Source: an uncultured Oscillospiraceae bacterium (lineage in GTDB: Bacteria; Bacillota; Clostridia; Oscillospirales; Oscillospiraceae). Taken from it: a stretch of 64,000 nucleotides of DNA. The stretch lies in NCBI GenBank assembly GCA_934636655.1, contig CAKUAS010000011.1, positions 8,105-72,104 on the forward strand, written 5' to 3'. The position numbers and the translations under genes are program-made. Of the stretch, positions 63,937 through 64,000 are shown one piece after another. Within the stretch, counting starts at the first letter, position 1, and every line of letters begins with the position of its first letter. Below the pieces are notes generated by a model. The model searched no databases. It was not told the origin of the DNA and worked only from the letters and a program-made list of their open reading frames with translations.

Positions 63937-64000
63937 GCGGGCATAGCTCATCCGGTAGAGCGCCACCTTGCCAAGGTGGAGGTAGCGAGTTCGAGTCTCG
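63937..64000 (+). tRNA. tRNA-Gly (anticodon GCC), truncated by the window edge
   Basis: Acceptor GCGGGCA, anticodon stem CCACC/GGTGG with loop TTGCCAA, T arm GCGAG TTCGAGT CTCG. The 3' end lies beyond position 64000. Confidence 0.85.

Overview
This is a chromosomal, mostly housekeeping window from a moderately GC-rich, spore-forming Clostridia-type Firmicute. Support for that: an alpha/beta SASP gene, TTGACA-17-TATAAT promoters, GGAGG ribosome-binding sites, a CIRCE operator, and L20/L21 leader-like regions. The gene content looks Oscillospiraceae/Ruminococcaceae-like, but that taxon is only an inference. I support about 63 protein genes and 3 tRNAs (Val-TAC, Phe-GAA, and a Gly-GCC cut by the right edge). 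I saw no rRNA, no CRISPR array, and no transposase, integrase or prophage genes. Gene blocks from left to right: a lipoprotein; feoA-feoB plus an unlisted 43-aa Cys-rich peptide; a beta-propeller lipoprotein; a livJHMGF-type ABC importer; tmcAL divergent from ackA; cls; an acyltransferase; rplU-rpmA-obg; SASP; two paralogous YhgE/Pip membrane proteins around a small TM protein; a BspA-type LRR protein; cysK-HD-mnmA with a convergent Rrf2 regulator; a 4-gene 2-hydroxyacyl-CoA-dehydratase/benzoyl-CoA-reductase-superfamily radical-enzyme module; alaX; dinB divergent from an XRE-S24 (HdiR/LexA-like) repressor; infC-rpmI-rplT; deoC; a tandem-OB protein; VOC-lysA; glgB-glgA-GH13-FMN oxidoreductase; an SLH surface protein; hsp20; an amino-acid ABC importer plus M20 amidohydrolase; nfeD-SPFH; hexokinase-znuACB; yerC-methyltransferase-hslO; and the tRNAs. 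The best candidate for undescribed biology is the orphan radical-enzyme module at 29742-33797. It has an atypical 535-aa subunit and an embedded 70-aa membrane microprotein, and the window holds no CoA-transferase, CoA-ligase, acyl-CoA dehydrogenase or ETF genes. Secondary leads: the hexokinase gene translationally coupled to a zinc importer and lacking its own promoter; a GH13 enzyme whose N-terminus looks like a decayed glycogen phosphorylase fragment; the YhgE/Pip pair; an SLH protein with an unclassified HExxH domain; and several unexplained palindromes and repeats in intergenic regions. All product calls come from motif and family recognition by eye, and no searches were run. Start codons are best guesses from RBS spacing. 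The supplied ORF track also uses GTG/TTG starts and often over-extends N-termini. Many long ORFs antisense to real genes are GC-bias artefacts.
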